NCBI GenBank assembly: GCA_951406725.2
Contig: OX597828.1
Coordinates: 56,730,001-56,794,000, forward strand
Direction of reading: 5' to 3'
Length of the DNA stretch: 64,000 nucleotides
From: Octopus vulgaris
Lineage: Eukaryota
Position numbers and translations under genes: made by a program. Below, in pieces: positions 1-12,974 of the stretch (positions are counted from its first letter, which is position 1; the number at the start of each line of letters is the position of its first letter). The notes below the pieces were generated by a model. The model saw only the letters and a list, made by a program, of their open reading frames with translations, was not told where the DNA came from and did not search any database.

Positions 1-497
1 TCCATTCTTCATTATTCACACATTCCTCCGTGGAAACTCGTGTTCAGCAACTTGTGTGGACTGAAGATCACGAAAAAGTAGCGTAGCTTCACTCACAGGA
101 ACCGATCGACGGCGAGTCAATCGAAGTCGAGATTAATGTGTTCTTGATTGTAAGCCAAAAATACGGACGGGTCGTATTCTGAGCGAAGTTTAGTTGTTTG
201 GTCGAATAGAGTGAGTCAGTAAGCGTCGATTTGTTGTGCCTCTTATTAACAAGCGTGAAAAAGCTCACTGGGTCCTCCGATCCAGGAATATGTTAAACCT
301 GGCTTAGTTATTTATAGTGATTCTTGGGCTGCCTATAATGATCTAAGCAGTTTGGCTTACCACCATTTTAAGTGGTAAAACATTCTGAATTTTTTTTAGA
401 TCAAACACACACACACATACACACACAAATCATTGAACTTTGTGGAGGGACATGATAGAGTAGATACGAAGGCCAGGTATCCAGTCAAAATATTTGC

Positions 498-786
498 CTC
501 AATACCTGACCAGATATTTATATATCTGGCCAGTTATTGAGAAAAATACCTGACCAGAAAACCCCCTCGGAGAAAAATAAATCTCTTTTACTCCACATAT
601 TTTGTCGAGAGGCAGCCCAATTATAGTCCCCCACATTTTTTGACTAAATAAGCAGAATTCCAAGGGTGCTAATGCAGATTTGCACCTCTCCTAGAAAAAT
701 GCATTTTTCTGAAAAACGTTTATATGGATTCCTAGGTTTTCAGAAAAATGTCCTTTTGAAGGGGAGGTTTGAATCTACACTAGCAC
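498..786. repeat. Two imperfect inverted repeats (498-541 and 666-786), MITE-like remnant
   Basis: CTCAATACCTGACCAGATAT/ATATCTGGCCAGTTATTGAG, and GTGCTA...CATTTTTCTGAAAA pairing with TTTTCAGAAAAATG...TAGCAC. Confidence 0.5.
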
Positions 787-2189
787 TATCCCCAAATTCT
801 CGTGATTTGAGTGGCTTCATCGAATACGATTTTCCGTCATCTTCATAAACTATATGGATGGGAAAAACAAAACTGACGTATATGACAGGTATGTAGAACA
901 TATATATTTCTGTCCTTTCTGTTTATAGGTATAAGTCATCGAAATTGTTGTGCGTGCACACACAAACACAGAAATTCAACAGGCATTTGGCTGTTATTTT
1001 TAGAATACCGACATTTACAGTTTCAGTCAGTTTGGAGTTTTGATTGAAAATCTGAGATTTTAAAAAAATGTATATTCTTAATCTGCGTATCTTTCCACAT
1101 ACATTGAAAAAAAATTAATTTTGAAACGTTCAGCAGTAAATATGCAACTCTTACTCTCCCCCCCCCCACCCTCAGACACAAAGATATGTTTATTTCAGAT
1201 CGCTTCTCTGTAGAGAAGCAACTTTATTTTCTCTCTCTCCCCACTCAAACAAAAACTAGTTCTTTTCCCTAAAACGCTCGTATAAAGCTGAAAATATTTA
1301 GTCGAGGAAAAAAGTGTTTTGTTGAGAATTAATCCATTTATTTAACGGCAAAAAGAGTAGAACTTTGTCGGTGAATTTCACCTGTCTACATATACATACA
1401 CGCTATCACACACACACACACACACATTGTCTACCATATATATATATTTAATAACAAACCATGTAATTCAAACTGGAAAATTATTTCTATAAAATGTTGT
1501 GAGTGGGTAATATTTCCGAGGCTTCAACCTCACTCCGGTTTTCTGACCCAAAATGGGTTTTGTAGCCGATTAGGAGGTCACCGAAATTAATTCGACGAAA
1601 ATAAAATGTCCAATGATTCCGGAATGGAGTATCCGTCCTCCCACCCACACACACATTTTTTCCGAACGAAAATAAGGGATTTTCAGCATATTAGTAGGTC
1701 AGGGTACTTGATTCCACGCAAATAATTCGAGTTTTCTTTTTTTATTTCTTAATGAAAATCGTGCGGGTGAAAGGGTCAAAATTTTACCAAGAGTAAAGTA
1801 TGTTTATTGATTGACATTTGCATACTGTGTGACCATAATTTCTCGGCAAAAGTATTTGATAGGCTTAGAAATCATAAGGGTTTGGTAATCGAAATCGAAA
1901 CTCTGTAGCATCTCAAGACGATTGCCAATGATTGTAGGATCACTTGAAATGATGAAAAAAGGAACTGAAAATTATTTAAGAATGATCACTGACTTACCAT
2001 CCATGCTGGAAGAGCAAGAAGAGCAAAATATTTTCTTAATTAGTACGTCACACGTATTGAGAATGACATTGTCGCTGTGAATTTTCTTTCCTTTCCCTCC
2101 CCCGTTTATTTTATTTGTTTACTTCGGTCTCATTCTAGTTTTTCCTTTTCTTTCTGTCTTCCCCCTTTTCTCTATCACACGACTTTCTA

Positions 2190-2330
2190 AGTGAACAAAC
2201 TAGTATGCATATTTTAATGTCCTGCCAATGTATACAGTACGTTTCTTTACCCTAGGTGTCAGGAAGACACTCGGCAAGAAATCGAAACAGAATTAAAAGA
2301 ATTTGCTAATGAAAATAATAACAATAATAA
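2190..2330 (+). mobile_element. R4/Dong LINE 3'UTR fragment
   Basis: CCCTAGGTGTCAGGAAGACACTCGGCAAGAAAT matches the 3'UTR that follows RLE coding sequence at 61310-61350 and 14890-14950. Confidence 0.65.
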
Positions 2331-2369
2331 TAAACTTTTACAGCTTTATTATTCAGATTTTGGCTCACC

Positions 2370-2545
2370 ACGAGTGGGATAAATCGATTATACCGACCTC
2401 AGTGTGCAACTGGTTCCTAATTTGTCAAGCCCAAAAGGATGAAGGACAAAGTCGACATCGGTGAAATTTGAACTGAGAACGTGGAGACGGACAAAATGTC
2501 GCTTAGCATTTTACTTGGCGTGCTATTGATTCCGCCAACTCGCTG
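2370..2545 (-). mobile_element. tRNA-derived SINE, family M, decayed
   Basis: Similar to 40400-40580 (AAGGATGAAGG..AAAGTCGAC..AATTTGAACT..GAACGT). Confidence 0.7.
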
Positions 2546-2574
2546 ACTTTGTAATAATTATAATACATGGATTT

Positions 2575-2930
2575 ACCGAAGAAATTAAACATGAAATTTG
2601 GCTTAGAAAAATTTGCGAAAGCAACTGTGATAACAAGAAAACTAGTCAAGAGAAACAACATCACACTAGATAAAGCAAATGAAATAAGAGAATTAGACGG
2701 AAGCAGACACAAATATTCGTGAATCAATGAACTAGATACGATAAACAACGCACAAATGAAAGAGAAGAATAGGAATACCATATACGAGTTAGATTAATAC
2801 AGAAAACAGAGCTTAATGGGAAAAACAAGATGATAGGTATCAACACTCTAGCTGTCCCAGTTATAAGTTACAACTACAATATTCTTAACTGGCTTCTAAA
2901 TTAACTAATCAAAATAGACAAGAAACAAGA
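2575..2930 (+). pseudogene. R4/Dong LINE RT C-terminal/thumb fragment
   Basis: Translates to MKFGLEKFAK...ELNGKNKMIGINTLAVPVISYNYNILNW...KIDKK with stops and frameshifts. Confidence 0.75.
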
Positions 2931-2934
2931 ATGG

Positions 2935-4490
2935 ATTATTTGAGACAGATCAGAGATTTTATAACGAAATACATAGTGGAGAACGAAGTTCTTAAGATGA
3001 GAAAACTAATACAGAGCAAGGTAAAAAGTTCTGGAGTAATATTTGGGATAAACCAGTCGATCATAATGGATATGAAGTATGGTCAAAGAAAGTGAGGGAG
3101 GAATTAGTGAGTGAGAAGCAGCCAGATCTAAGATTAACTAATGTATTAATGAGTAAAGCTTTAGCAAAAATTCCGAATGGGAATGGTTCAGGAGGAGATT
3201 TATTTCAGCGGTAGTAGCCAAAACAATTGGCAGTTAACATCGGAGGCTGAGGAAACAACTTCAGGATTGCCTTAATGGACGAATAATACAAGATTGGATG
3301 ATTAGATGGAGGAAAATACTCACTACGATGGATAATATCAAGGGTAATACAGCTAGCAACTATAGACCAATCCCTTGCTTACCATTAGTGTGGAAGCTGT
3401 TTATAGGAATGCTTTCAGAAAGCATTTACGAGCACCTTCACAACCAGGGTTTACTGCCAGAAGAACAGAAAGGTTGCATGAAGAAAGCTAGAGTAACGCA
3501 TGATCTATTACGGAGAGATGACACAGTTCTAAATGGAGTAGATACTAGAAAGAAAAAAAATCTAACAATAGCATGGATAGATAGGAAATCCTATGACATG
3601 AACCCACACTCATGGATAAGTGAATGTTTCACTATATTCAGCACAGCAGACAACATAAGAGAATTAATCAGCTTTAGCATGAAGAAATGGAAAGTAGATA
3701 TCTACTCAGGTGCTAGTCTTAAAAGGATAGTTAATAACAAAAGAGGAATTTACCAAGGGAATTGTAGTCCCCTTTAAATTTTATGTTATATTTGATCCCC
3801 GTCAGTTTAGTATTAAGAAACGCAAATGCAGAGTATCAGTTCGGAAATAGTAAGGGGAAAATTAACCATTTGCTGTACATGGATGATCTGAAGCTTTTTA
3901 GCAAGAATGAAAAAGTGATGGATTCATTAATACAGAATGTAAGACACTTCAGCAAAGATACTGGCATGGAATTCGGCATAGATAAATGTCTAATATTACT
4001 CATGAGAACAGGACAGCTAATCAACAGTGAAGGTATCCAATTACCAGATGGCCAGGCATTAAAATGATTGAAAGGAGGTGAGAGTTATAAGTATCTAGGG
4101 ACATTAGAATCTGACAGAGTACTAACTACAGAAATAAAGACGAAAATTGAGGAGTACATCAGAAGGTGGGGGAGGCTAATGAAGGTGAATCTAAATTGAC
4201 TGAATCTATTGAACGCTGTGAATACTTGGGCAGTATCATTACTTAGATACTCAGAAGTTTTTGCAGAGCGGACAAAAACTGAACTACCATAGCTAGACAG
4301 AAGAACTATGAACGAATTGATTATGAGTGGAGGACTCCATCCAAGGGCGGGAGTAGCAAAGTTATACCTACTTAGACGTGAAGGCGGAAGAGGATTAATA
4401 TTAGTAGAAGACTGCGTGGAGTTGGCTAGGGTAGATATAGACTGCTACGTAGGTAATAGTCAGAGAGTCTATCAGCCGTAAGATGCATTA
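2935..4490 (+). pseudogene. R4/Dong-type non-LTR retrotransposon reverse transcriptase, disrupted
   Basis: ORFs 3298-3777 (NYRPIPCL, EEQKG, AWID, RGIYQG) and 3783-4067 (HLLYMDDLKL, MEFGIDKC); downstream YKYLG, NAVNTWAV and EGGRGL motifs. Confidence 0.9.
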
Positions 4491-4997
4491 CGAATCTATA
4501 GCAATTGGAAGGGCGTGACCCAACTGAAATCAACATTAACAACTGTGAGACGTGAGGGCTAAGGATAAATTAAAGTGTCACCTCTGGAGTTTGCAAATGA
4601 CCACTATACTGATACGTAACTGGACAGAATAAATTTACAATCTATAAATGTCTTTGAATAACCAGTCACTCATCTGGGAAGGCCTTGAAATCAATATTAC
4701 CATCTGGAGACTATGTGTGACCGAGTGATAATAAAAAGACTGAAAGGAGGTCTGCAATCAAATAACTTTATTCAACACTTTGCAAATGAATCAGTGGAGG
4801 CGAAGATGCCTCTCATTTACTTGACAATTTATGCACCACATTGCAGAAATCACAATGTAAGTGTGTGTCAAAGCAAACTGTTACACTGTTGTACCATTGA
4901 ATTAGAAATAATGCCCAACGTTTATGCTCGGGTAACCCTACGGCTTCCAAGAGCACAACTGTATTCGTTTTTGCTTAGATAAAATGACAAAATTGTG

Positions 4998-5222
4998 TAC
5001 AGTCGCCTCAATGTCACCCAGAGCGAGCTCTGGTCGCGATAACGTCGACTGTGGGCCGGTAGCTATTTACAGTCACCTCAATGTCGCCCAGAGCGAGCTT
5101 TGGTCGCCATAGCGTCGACCGTGGGCCTGTGGCTGCGTACAGTCGCCTCAATGTTGCCCAGAGCGAGCTCTGGTCGCCATAGCGTCGACTGTGAGCCGGT
5201 AGCTGCGTACAGTCGCCTCAAT
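4998..5222. repeat. GC-rich 70-bp minisatellite, about 3.2 copies
   Basis: Unit starting TACAGTCRCCTCAAT recurs at 4998, 5068, 5138 and 5208. Confidence 0.95.
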
Positions 5223-5373
5223 ATCGGGTTATAGTGCTAGTTTGGTATAAATTTGTTAAATTAAAAATTTGGGGTAATAAAACATACAATGACATATTAA
5301 AAAGACGAATTAAAATTCCAGAGAAAAATACATAGAAGATAAATATACAAATTTACAAAAATACATAAAAGTT

Positions 5374-5455
5374 CATCTACGGGCCGTTTCGGAGATGCGC
5401 CAATTAATATGAAATATATCATATATTTAAAATTGACACTCCCCTCGTCAGGATG
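5374..5455 (-). ncRNA. Type I hammerhead ribozyme, intact core (PLE-type)
   Basis: Minus strand: CATC CTGACGA GGGGAGTGTCAATT...AATTGGCGCATCTCC GAAAC GGCCC GTA GATG; stems I-III all form. Confidence 0.75.
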
Positions 5456-6198
5456 TTTTTTACACACAACACATAGTACACGGAAACAAATGCACAATTG
5501 CATACCCGCTACATGCAAAAGACCAGACATTATGTACTCCCCAAAATTCTCATAGATACTGAATGCTACTTTATAAGCATATAATTCAATCTAGCAGCTA
5601 TAGTAAATGGTATTCGCACAGCTCCATCTGGACTAATTCACTTCTGCACTCAATTAAATTTTTCATCTTTTAATTTCTCCCATTCATGCAAAGCCACATA
5701 TTCGAGTTCAAGTCCTTGATTCGTTTTATACTAATTGCTATTTTTTGTTTTAATTGTTATATTACGATTTAATTACCATTTTAATAAAATAAAATATATT
5801 TAATTACTACTTACTATATTTAATATATTTAATTCAATTGTTATTATTACCTCTAACTTTTACTGCAATTTTTATTTCTAAATTTCTTATGGAAGGTCGA
5901 GCGGATCTTATGCGTACAATATATTTTAATATGATGTTTATATATTTATATATTACTATATATTTCCAAACGTCGGGCTTTATGTCTGTTCTGTAGGTAT
6001 AAATGAATATATGAATATGTGTAAGTGTTTGATCTTTCTGTGGATTTCGTAGTGCTCTTGTAGTTGCTGCTCGCATTGCTTCCCCCTCGGATTAAAAAGT
6101 GTATACAGCTCCACTGAGCACTACTATTCCAGTCTGTTATATATTTTGAGCGTTGTTGTCACTGACTATCTCAAGATATAACTTTATATTTTGTAATA

Positions 6199-6252
<54 letters not shown>

Positions 6253-8412
6253 CATATACATACAATAGAGATATGTTTTCGTTTCACTTTTAATACGTAA
6301 TACTGAAATAGTGGAGGAGATATGATATTGCTGTGGGCTCGCTCTAGGCATGAAGTTAAACATTTTTGTTTGCCCATCACACTACATGGACTCTAAATAA
6401 GGCATGTATAAAATTTGAATGAAATTGGTTGTGTAGTTCTCAAGTGTCAGGGAAACACACACACTGACAGACAGACACACACACACACATTCTCAGTTTT
6501 ATATATATAGATGTGACGATTCTGCAGCTCACCGATTTGATGAGAATAGTGTCTTATTTAAACACAACAATAGTCAATTTGGAGATGAGCGGGTCAGTTG
6601 ATACCATTCATTGAGTACTTTTTCGCTCCCAATATGTAAGGTGTTCCTATATGCGAGGAGAAATTTTCGGACGTCATATGCACACAGTAGTTAATCTTAT
6701 AAGTGAACAGAACCACTTGTAGAAAAAGAATGTCAACTGAATTTTCTGTTGAAGTGCTAGAATTGCCGTAAGTGTGTTTTGGCGAATGAACATACGGGTG
6801 CTTTGTCGTGAATGATTCAAGTCTCAGAGGAGAGGCGATTCCCTAATCTCAGAATCTCCAGATTAATTAGGAAGTAAGCGGATGGTACATGCATGATAAA
6901 TTTATAATTAGAGTGATTGTAGTAGCACACTTAAATATTAATATCTGGTGCGAGCGGTATCCCCTCAGCGAATAGCTGACTTTCATCAGTAATAGGGGAG
7001 ATCTTGCTTCTTGCTTTAGTGATGTTTTGTGCTGTTGTATTGTACGGAATTTCCTAGGCCTAGACAAAATCGCATGAAGCATTAAACTATACAACAGAGA
7101 GAAAACAATGCACTTATACATATTTAACTCCAATTACCTCAGTATGCGACAACCAAAATAAAGTCATCCCAACAGAATAAGAAAATTTCATTTCGGTGGT
7201 AAAGCCTTTTATGAGGACTTTCAGCTAAAATGGCAACATAAATTTTATGCACCCATTACTCAGTTATGGCTCCACGGACGCTGCAGTAAACGGCAGTGAC
7301 CACACTCTGGCTTCGACCGATCAGCTAAGCCACTAAAACAAACCCAAGAGCTAAGCCTGAAGTTGGGAACATTTATCCCTAATTAAACGGAACTGGGCAG
7401 AACTGAGGTTGCAAAAGAACCAAACAACCAATGGACTTGAATTTTTGCTATTCCATTATGTGACATGCCACAAGACAGACTGAGTTAAGATACAGAAGGT
7501 GATATCGGTCAGTCATCATGAAAAATATTGGGGACCCATCATATATTATCCCCCCAAAATGCCAAAGATGATCCAAATGATCTCTACATGAAAGGTACCT
7601 TGGATTACTTTAGTTGATTTTCAAAATGTCAGTCGCCATTCCTGTCCGTTTGCATTAGTCACAAGGTTCCCAGCTTCAGATCCAATGACCAGCGAATGAG
7701 ATTGGACATTTTTCAGAATATGTGAACCAAATTTCCTAAGAAATTGTGAAGTACTTGTTTCTAAAAAGAAGCAGCTGAACATTAAATGTATTTTTCTAAC
7801 TCCTGTGAAATATGACGAATTGCAGTTCTGATTTTAATCATTAATACCTATAAACAGAAGCGCTGCTAAACGTGACAATTATTCCTGTTTACACCTATAT
7901 TTCACTACGTAATCATCGACATATCTAACAAACACACACACACAAAACAGAACTGCTTTTTATAGGATTTTGCTAGACGCACCAACGTGTACAGCTCAAG
8001 GTGTTAAGCCGAAAAACTATAATCTTATATGTATGTGGAAAGTCTGTCTGTATGTTTCTGAATTTACATGCATACACGCAGACACAAACACACACAATCA
8101 TATGATACGTCGACGCGTACGAAACAGAATTTATATGTGCGTCACTCGGAGCTTCTGATTTTAACGATATTATTGAAATGAAGTGTGAAAGACGTCAATG
8201 AAAATTAACGCACTAGGAATACATTATAGGAAATAATTATCAATTGAAATTATTTGATAAATGCCTGATGCAAAGTGAAATAAAGTAGGGTATTATTTGA
8301 AAAGTAAATTTCAAAATATGTCTTGTAGAACGCATAGCATATACATAGGAAAATGCACATATATCCAATCCCGAAATTAGTGGCCCTGTAACGAAATTTG
8401 AAACCATCACCT

Positions 8413-8578
8413 TTGCTACTACTACTGCTACTACTACTACTACTACAACTACTACTGCTACAACTACTACTACTACTGCCACCACCACCACCACCACCAC
8501 CACTACTACTACTACTACTACTGCTACTACTACTACTACTACTGCTGCTGCTACTACTACTATTATTATTATTATTAT
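8413..8578. repeat. Compound (CTA)n/(CCA)n/(TTA)n microsatellite
   Basis: Direct reading. Confidence 0.95.
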
Positions 8579-8599
8579 TCAGGCATTTTATCAAGGTAG

Positions 8600-8990
8600 A
8601 TTGAAGACACTTGTGTAACCATTCCTAGTCTCCGACTAGTTTTCATCTTCCACATTCTTCTGTCTTTTATCGCTGAAAGCTTTTCGAATTCTCTGAGGTA
8701 TAATATATTAGCTGATACTGTGAAATCTGTTAGGTATTTTGTCGATTAGTTTGATAGTTACATCAGGTTTATTATCATTTATTTTTTTCTTATAACGGAT
8801 GGGTAAGTCCCACAGAATTGTTACTCTATCACCAGTTGTCACTGGTTTCGTGTAGTATTCATACCAGGAGAATGTCATAATGATGACAGATGTTCCAGAG
8901 TAGATACCACACTATTCTGTCATGTCTACTTTTGTACTCGGTTATTTCATGTCCTGAACAGCCTTCCATAATATATCGAATTGCTTTGGT
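8600..8990 (-). pseudogene. R4/Dong LINE zinc-knuckle/RLE fragment
   Basis: Minus translation IMEGCSG..EYKSRHDRIVWYLLWNICHHY...TILWD...NKPDV. Confidence 0.8.
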
Positions 8991-9039
8991 ATTTTTATCA
9001 CATAGTCTACCGTTTTGGGCAGCGTCATTGTAGAGAACG

Positions 9040-10575
9040 TTTTGTTAGGAATTTGTTGTGAATAGAGATTAATCTTGAGATACCATAATAAAACCTTCAA
9101 TTACTGCTTTTAGACTTGTACAACCTAACCACTGATGACATCCTTGCATCGCAAAAGCTCTAGACATGCGCAAAATTTCATCGATTATGAAAGGTTTTCT
9201 GCGACGAAGTATTGGCATGTGGTACCTAAAATTGTACCTCAATCATAAAGCCATAGGTGCATTTGCCAGCATTGCGATTCATCGGGACATATACCAAGGT
9301 GGTTCATTGTAACCATTACTTTTTTGGCTAGCACTTGTATCTATCACATGAATTGAACCATACACAATATGGATAAAAAAAATCTTTGATAGAACCATCT
9401 CACAATCCTTTTATAATGATGAGCTCAACCTACTTCCAAAAATCAATAATGCTCTCCATGGATTACAAACAACTGTGAGAAGTTTAAGTGAAAATATAAG
9501 GCGCGGAATTTGGTTTGGATAAAGGCCCCAAAGCAACATTTAAACGGAGAAAACTCATTTCTACATTGTGCTCTACGCTAAATGGCAACACTATATCGAA
9601 GAATTAGACGCAGATAGAGAATAAAAATTGCTAGGAATAAGTGAACGGAAAAGGATCCAACACAACAAAAATAATGAAAAATCAGGAATAGTATAGAAGA
9701 TTATGGCTAATGCTGAAAAGGAAATTGAATTACCAAAATAATATTCAAGACATGAATACACTTGCCTTCCCCGTGGTACGGTACAGATATATATATTATT
9801 ACCGGAATATAAATAATATAATTAACTGAAATATAAACGAGAAAACATAATGCATTTTCCAAAATCGGATTTTCATAAAAACTACGTTACCCGAGAAAAG
9901 GGGTTAATAGAGTCTTCATCCACATAGAATTATCCTATGTGGCCACTAAGATATGACTTCATTCACACATCCATAATGACTACGAGTGGCTGATTGATAC
10001 AGTTAAGGAATCAACACCAATGGGCGGAGAATCTGTATTCTGATATCAAAGATTCACAGAAGTATTACCGAGAACTAAACTTAGATGCAAATAACAATTC
10101 CAAATCTGCAATACCAACAGAACCACCAAAACACAAAAACAAGACCTTACAGAACTTATCGTGAACTTGGAAAAATCCGCTGCATTGTCAGTATCCAAAT
10201 ACATGGAAAGCAGCTATAAATACAGAAAGAACACATCAGTGGTTGGGTTGTACAAATCTAAAAGCAGGAACTGAAGGTTTTATTATGGCATCTCAGGATT
10301 AATGTGTATTCACACAAAAAAAACTCCCAACGAAATGTTCTCCACAAAGATGCTGACCAAATCTGTAGACTACGTGATAATAGTACTAAAACAATTTTGA
10401 CACATTATGGAAGGCTGTTCAAGACAGGAAATAACTGCGTATGAAAATAAACATGACCGAATCGGGTGGTATCTGCGTTGCAACATCTGCCATCATTATG
10501 ACATTCCACTACCTAAAACCTGGTATGAATAGCACATGATACCAGTGACAACTGGTAATAGAATAACAATCGTGT
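9040..10575 (+). pseudogene. Decayed R4/Dong LINE (RT to zinc knuckle)
   Basis: Remnant motifs IYQG, EFGLDK, NTLAFPVVRY, HQWL..LKAGTEGFIMASQD, KHDRIGWYL. Confidence 0.8.
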
Positions 10576-10704
10576 TACTCCTTAAATTTCGTTAATCTGG
10601 GAGCAGTTCGGATACTTATTGATCAGACCTCATATATCATGGAAGTAGGACAACAACAACAACGATAATAATAATAATAATAATAATATAATTGATACTA
10701 AAAC

Positions 10705-11405
10705 AACATCAATAATAAACAGCATGAACCTGGCCGTCACAGAACTAACAGCCACAGAAGCAAATGCCGATGTGATCAGGCTAAATGATATAATATATGC
10801 AGCAGCCACCCTGGCCACAGAAGAAGTTGTATACACCCTAAAACCTCTCCAAACAGGAGTACCACAACCCAAACATCCTGTGGATAAATAATATCCAGAA
10901 AAAAAATAGAAAACAAGAGAAAAGATCGGTCAAACCTTAAAGAAACTAGTAGACAATCAACACTACTAAGCAGCAAGAAGACAACAAAAATTTAGCGTAA
11001 ATAGAATATTACAGAAAAAGGTATACCTGAGTTAAAAGAACAGCTAAACCAAGATATTCTCCGCGAAGCACAACGAATCCGCCGGTATGAGAAACGCCAA
11101 TGTTTCTTTGAACGAAATAAACAGTTCAACTCCAACCCCAAAGGATTCTACCAAGAACTTGGCAAAGATAAAGCAGACATCATTTCAGCACCGAGAGCAG
11201 AAGAGGTTGAAGAATTTTGGAAAGAAATTTGGCCGCGGAAGGAAAAACCTCAGAAAAGGTCTATCAAAACGATCTTCAACTTTTGGCAAAAATATCTCAC
11301 AGGAACACATAAAAAGCTGGCTGAGAAATTTAATGACATATTAACAGAGCCTGAGACATTGACTGAATGGCGTACGGAAGAAAAAACTATCCTCATTCAC
11401 AAATC
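10705..11405 (+). pseudogene. R4/Dong LINE pre-RT region with internal deletion
   Basis: LNDIIYAAAT, AKAQRIRRYEKR, NPKGFYQEL, EEFWKEIW, then TEEKTILIHK. Confidence 0.75.
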
Positions 11406-11414
11406 CACTGACAA

Positions 11415-11487
11415 ATCACTGTCTGGAATCGAATTCGGAATAATTGGGGTTAGTAGCCCGTGCTCTTAACCACTACGCCATATGCCT
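11415..11487 (-). mobile_element. tRNA-derived head of the TAA/HHR composite family
   Basis: Minus: A box TGGCGTAGTGG, arm GGG-CTACTAA-CCC, B box-like GAATTCGATTCC, then AGACAGTGA as at 26951-26980. Confidence 0.75.
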
Positions 11488-11769
11488 AGGGACAGCTACG
11501 GACTGAATTTTAGAGCTTATAAATCTAATATGTATAATTTTTGTATCCTTCCTAATATCGGTTCCCAACCACAACAACAACAACAATACGACGACAACAA
11601 TGATGAAGAAACTTCATTCAGACAGCAATTCATCAAACTGCAAGAAGGGGAGACAAATGATTTATTATTGCAGAATGAGAACTTGAAAATTGTAAAAGCG
11701 CAGGTATGACTGTGTCAGTAAAAATTGAATTGGGGTGTTAGCCGTATTTCTTACTTCGAAATTACAGGT

Positions 11770-12510
11770 TAGTCGTGTGAACAGGAAACAAAGGTCGTTA
11801 TAGAGAATAAGAAATACAGTATGCTTATGGTAATTCTCCATAATAACTGACAGTTGAATCAAGAAGATCAGATTTCGTTATAGAATACAAAAGAAGCGAA
11901 CGTTTCAAGGTCATAGACATTACAATACCATTTGAAAACAATGAGGGTACCGAAGAAATTGAAAACACTCGGGAAGCACTAGGTCTTATCAATGAGAAAC
12001 TAAATTAAAATGAAAGTATAATTATCCAGAAATACTGCAATATGATACAATAATAGAAGGCAAAATGTAATAGAATATCTCCAGAGAACAGAAAAGAATA
12101 ATTAGAATGACGTAGGAAACAAAATTATATAAAGGAAACATTATAAAAGCAATGAATACATGAGCCAAGCCAGGATTAAGATATTGTGCTGATTATCTAA
12201 AGTCCACTAATCAGTGGCAGAACTTAGAAATAGAAAGCTCTTCACAGTGCACTATGCGCAGCATCTAAATTGTAATATCAACGGTTTCAAAAGACCAAGA
12301 GTGAAAAGAAAGAAGACTGCTAAAAGGGGGAAAAACACCAGTGTTGAGAATTTTGCTTTAAAAATCTATGTTGAAGGTAGCAAGGAAAGAATACGACCGG
12401 AGGCGAGAGGTGTCCAGAGAGTTACTGAAGCGGCATCAGAATTCAATAGCAAAAGGAAGTAAGAACAACAGAACGAGTAGTTAGAAGAAAAAATAATAAT
12501 GTGGGAAATT
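11770..12510 (+). pseudogene. Heavily decayed R4/Dong fragments
   Basis: SDFVI..VIDITIPFE (RLE-like) and TKLYKGNIIKAMNT (thumb-like) remnants. Confidence 0.5.
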
Positions 12511-12524
12511 CATGAAAGAAACGG

Positions 12525-12617
12525 ATTCGGCCTCGGCGAAATTTTGATGTTAGGACAGACGAAATGCCACTAACTATTTTGCTCGCGTGATAAAGGTTCT
12601 ACTAGCTCGCCGCCTTA
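12525..12617 (-). mobile_element. SINE family M head fragment
   Basis: Ends TAGCTCGCCGCCTT; similar to 40490-40580. Confidence 0.6.
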
Positions 12618-12779
12618 ATAGTGATGATGATGAGGAGGAGGAGGAGGGGAGGATGATGATGATAATAATAATAGTAATAATAATAATAACATACAATTTT
12701 TAAAATCCAATGATAATTATGGTAACAAACCCAATAATCAATATAGAGTTAAAAATAAACATTTCCACAAATCTGATAG

Positions 12780-12965
12780 AGTTCTTAATAGAAAAACCGT
12801 ATGGTATAATGCTCCAGTTAATAGCCATATTTCAACAAAAATGATATTATCGGTATTCTTTCAAATATTTCGAAAGCACTTCCCACCATAATATATAAAA
12901 AGAAAAAAAGAAAAGACAATAGCACTCTTCTATTCAACAATGTTTAACTAGTGAAATTATATCTT
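12780..12965 (+). pseudogene. Penelope-like element RT-EN linker remnant
   Basis: NRKTVWYNAPVNSHISTK..FFQIFRKHFPP..TIALFYSTM resembles the PLE motif RKIIWFNPPYS..FL.L..KHFP..VKVSYSCM. Confidence 0.6.
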
Positions 12966-12974
12966 CCCTAAATT

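Larger units (their letters stand above)
4902..6511 (-). mobile_element. Non-autonomous Helitron with both termini, carrying internal insertions
   Basis: Minus strand begins A|TCTATATATATAAAA at 6511 and ends CCCGAGCA-TAA-ACGTTGGGC...CTAA|T at 4902; this resembles the Helitron 3' end at 48070-48095; A/T target. Confidence 0.6.

Noticed and set aside
55-85. Hammerhead (CTGAAGA TCAC GAAA)
   Set aside because: No stem II, stem III or stem I pairing
4998-5222. CRISPR-like array
   Set aside because: The whole 70-bp unit repeats with no unique spacers; eukaryotic context and no cas genes
5500-6170. PLE protein remnant on the minus strand
   Set aside because: Only vague motif resemblance; cannot be supported by eye
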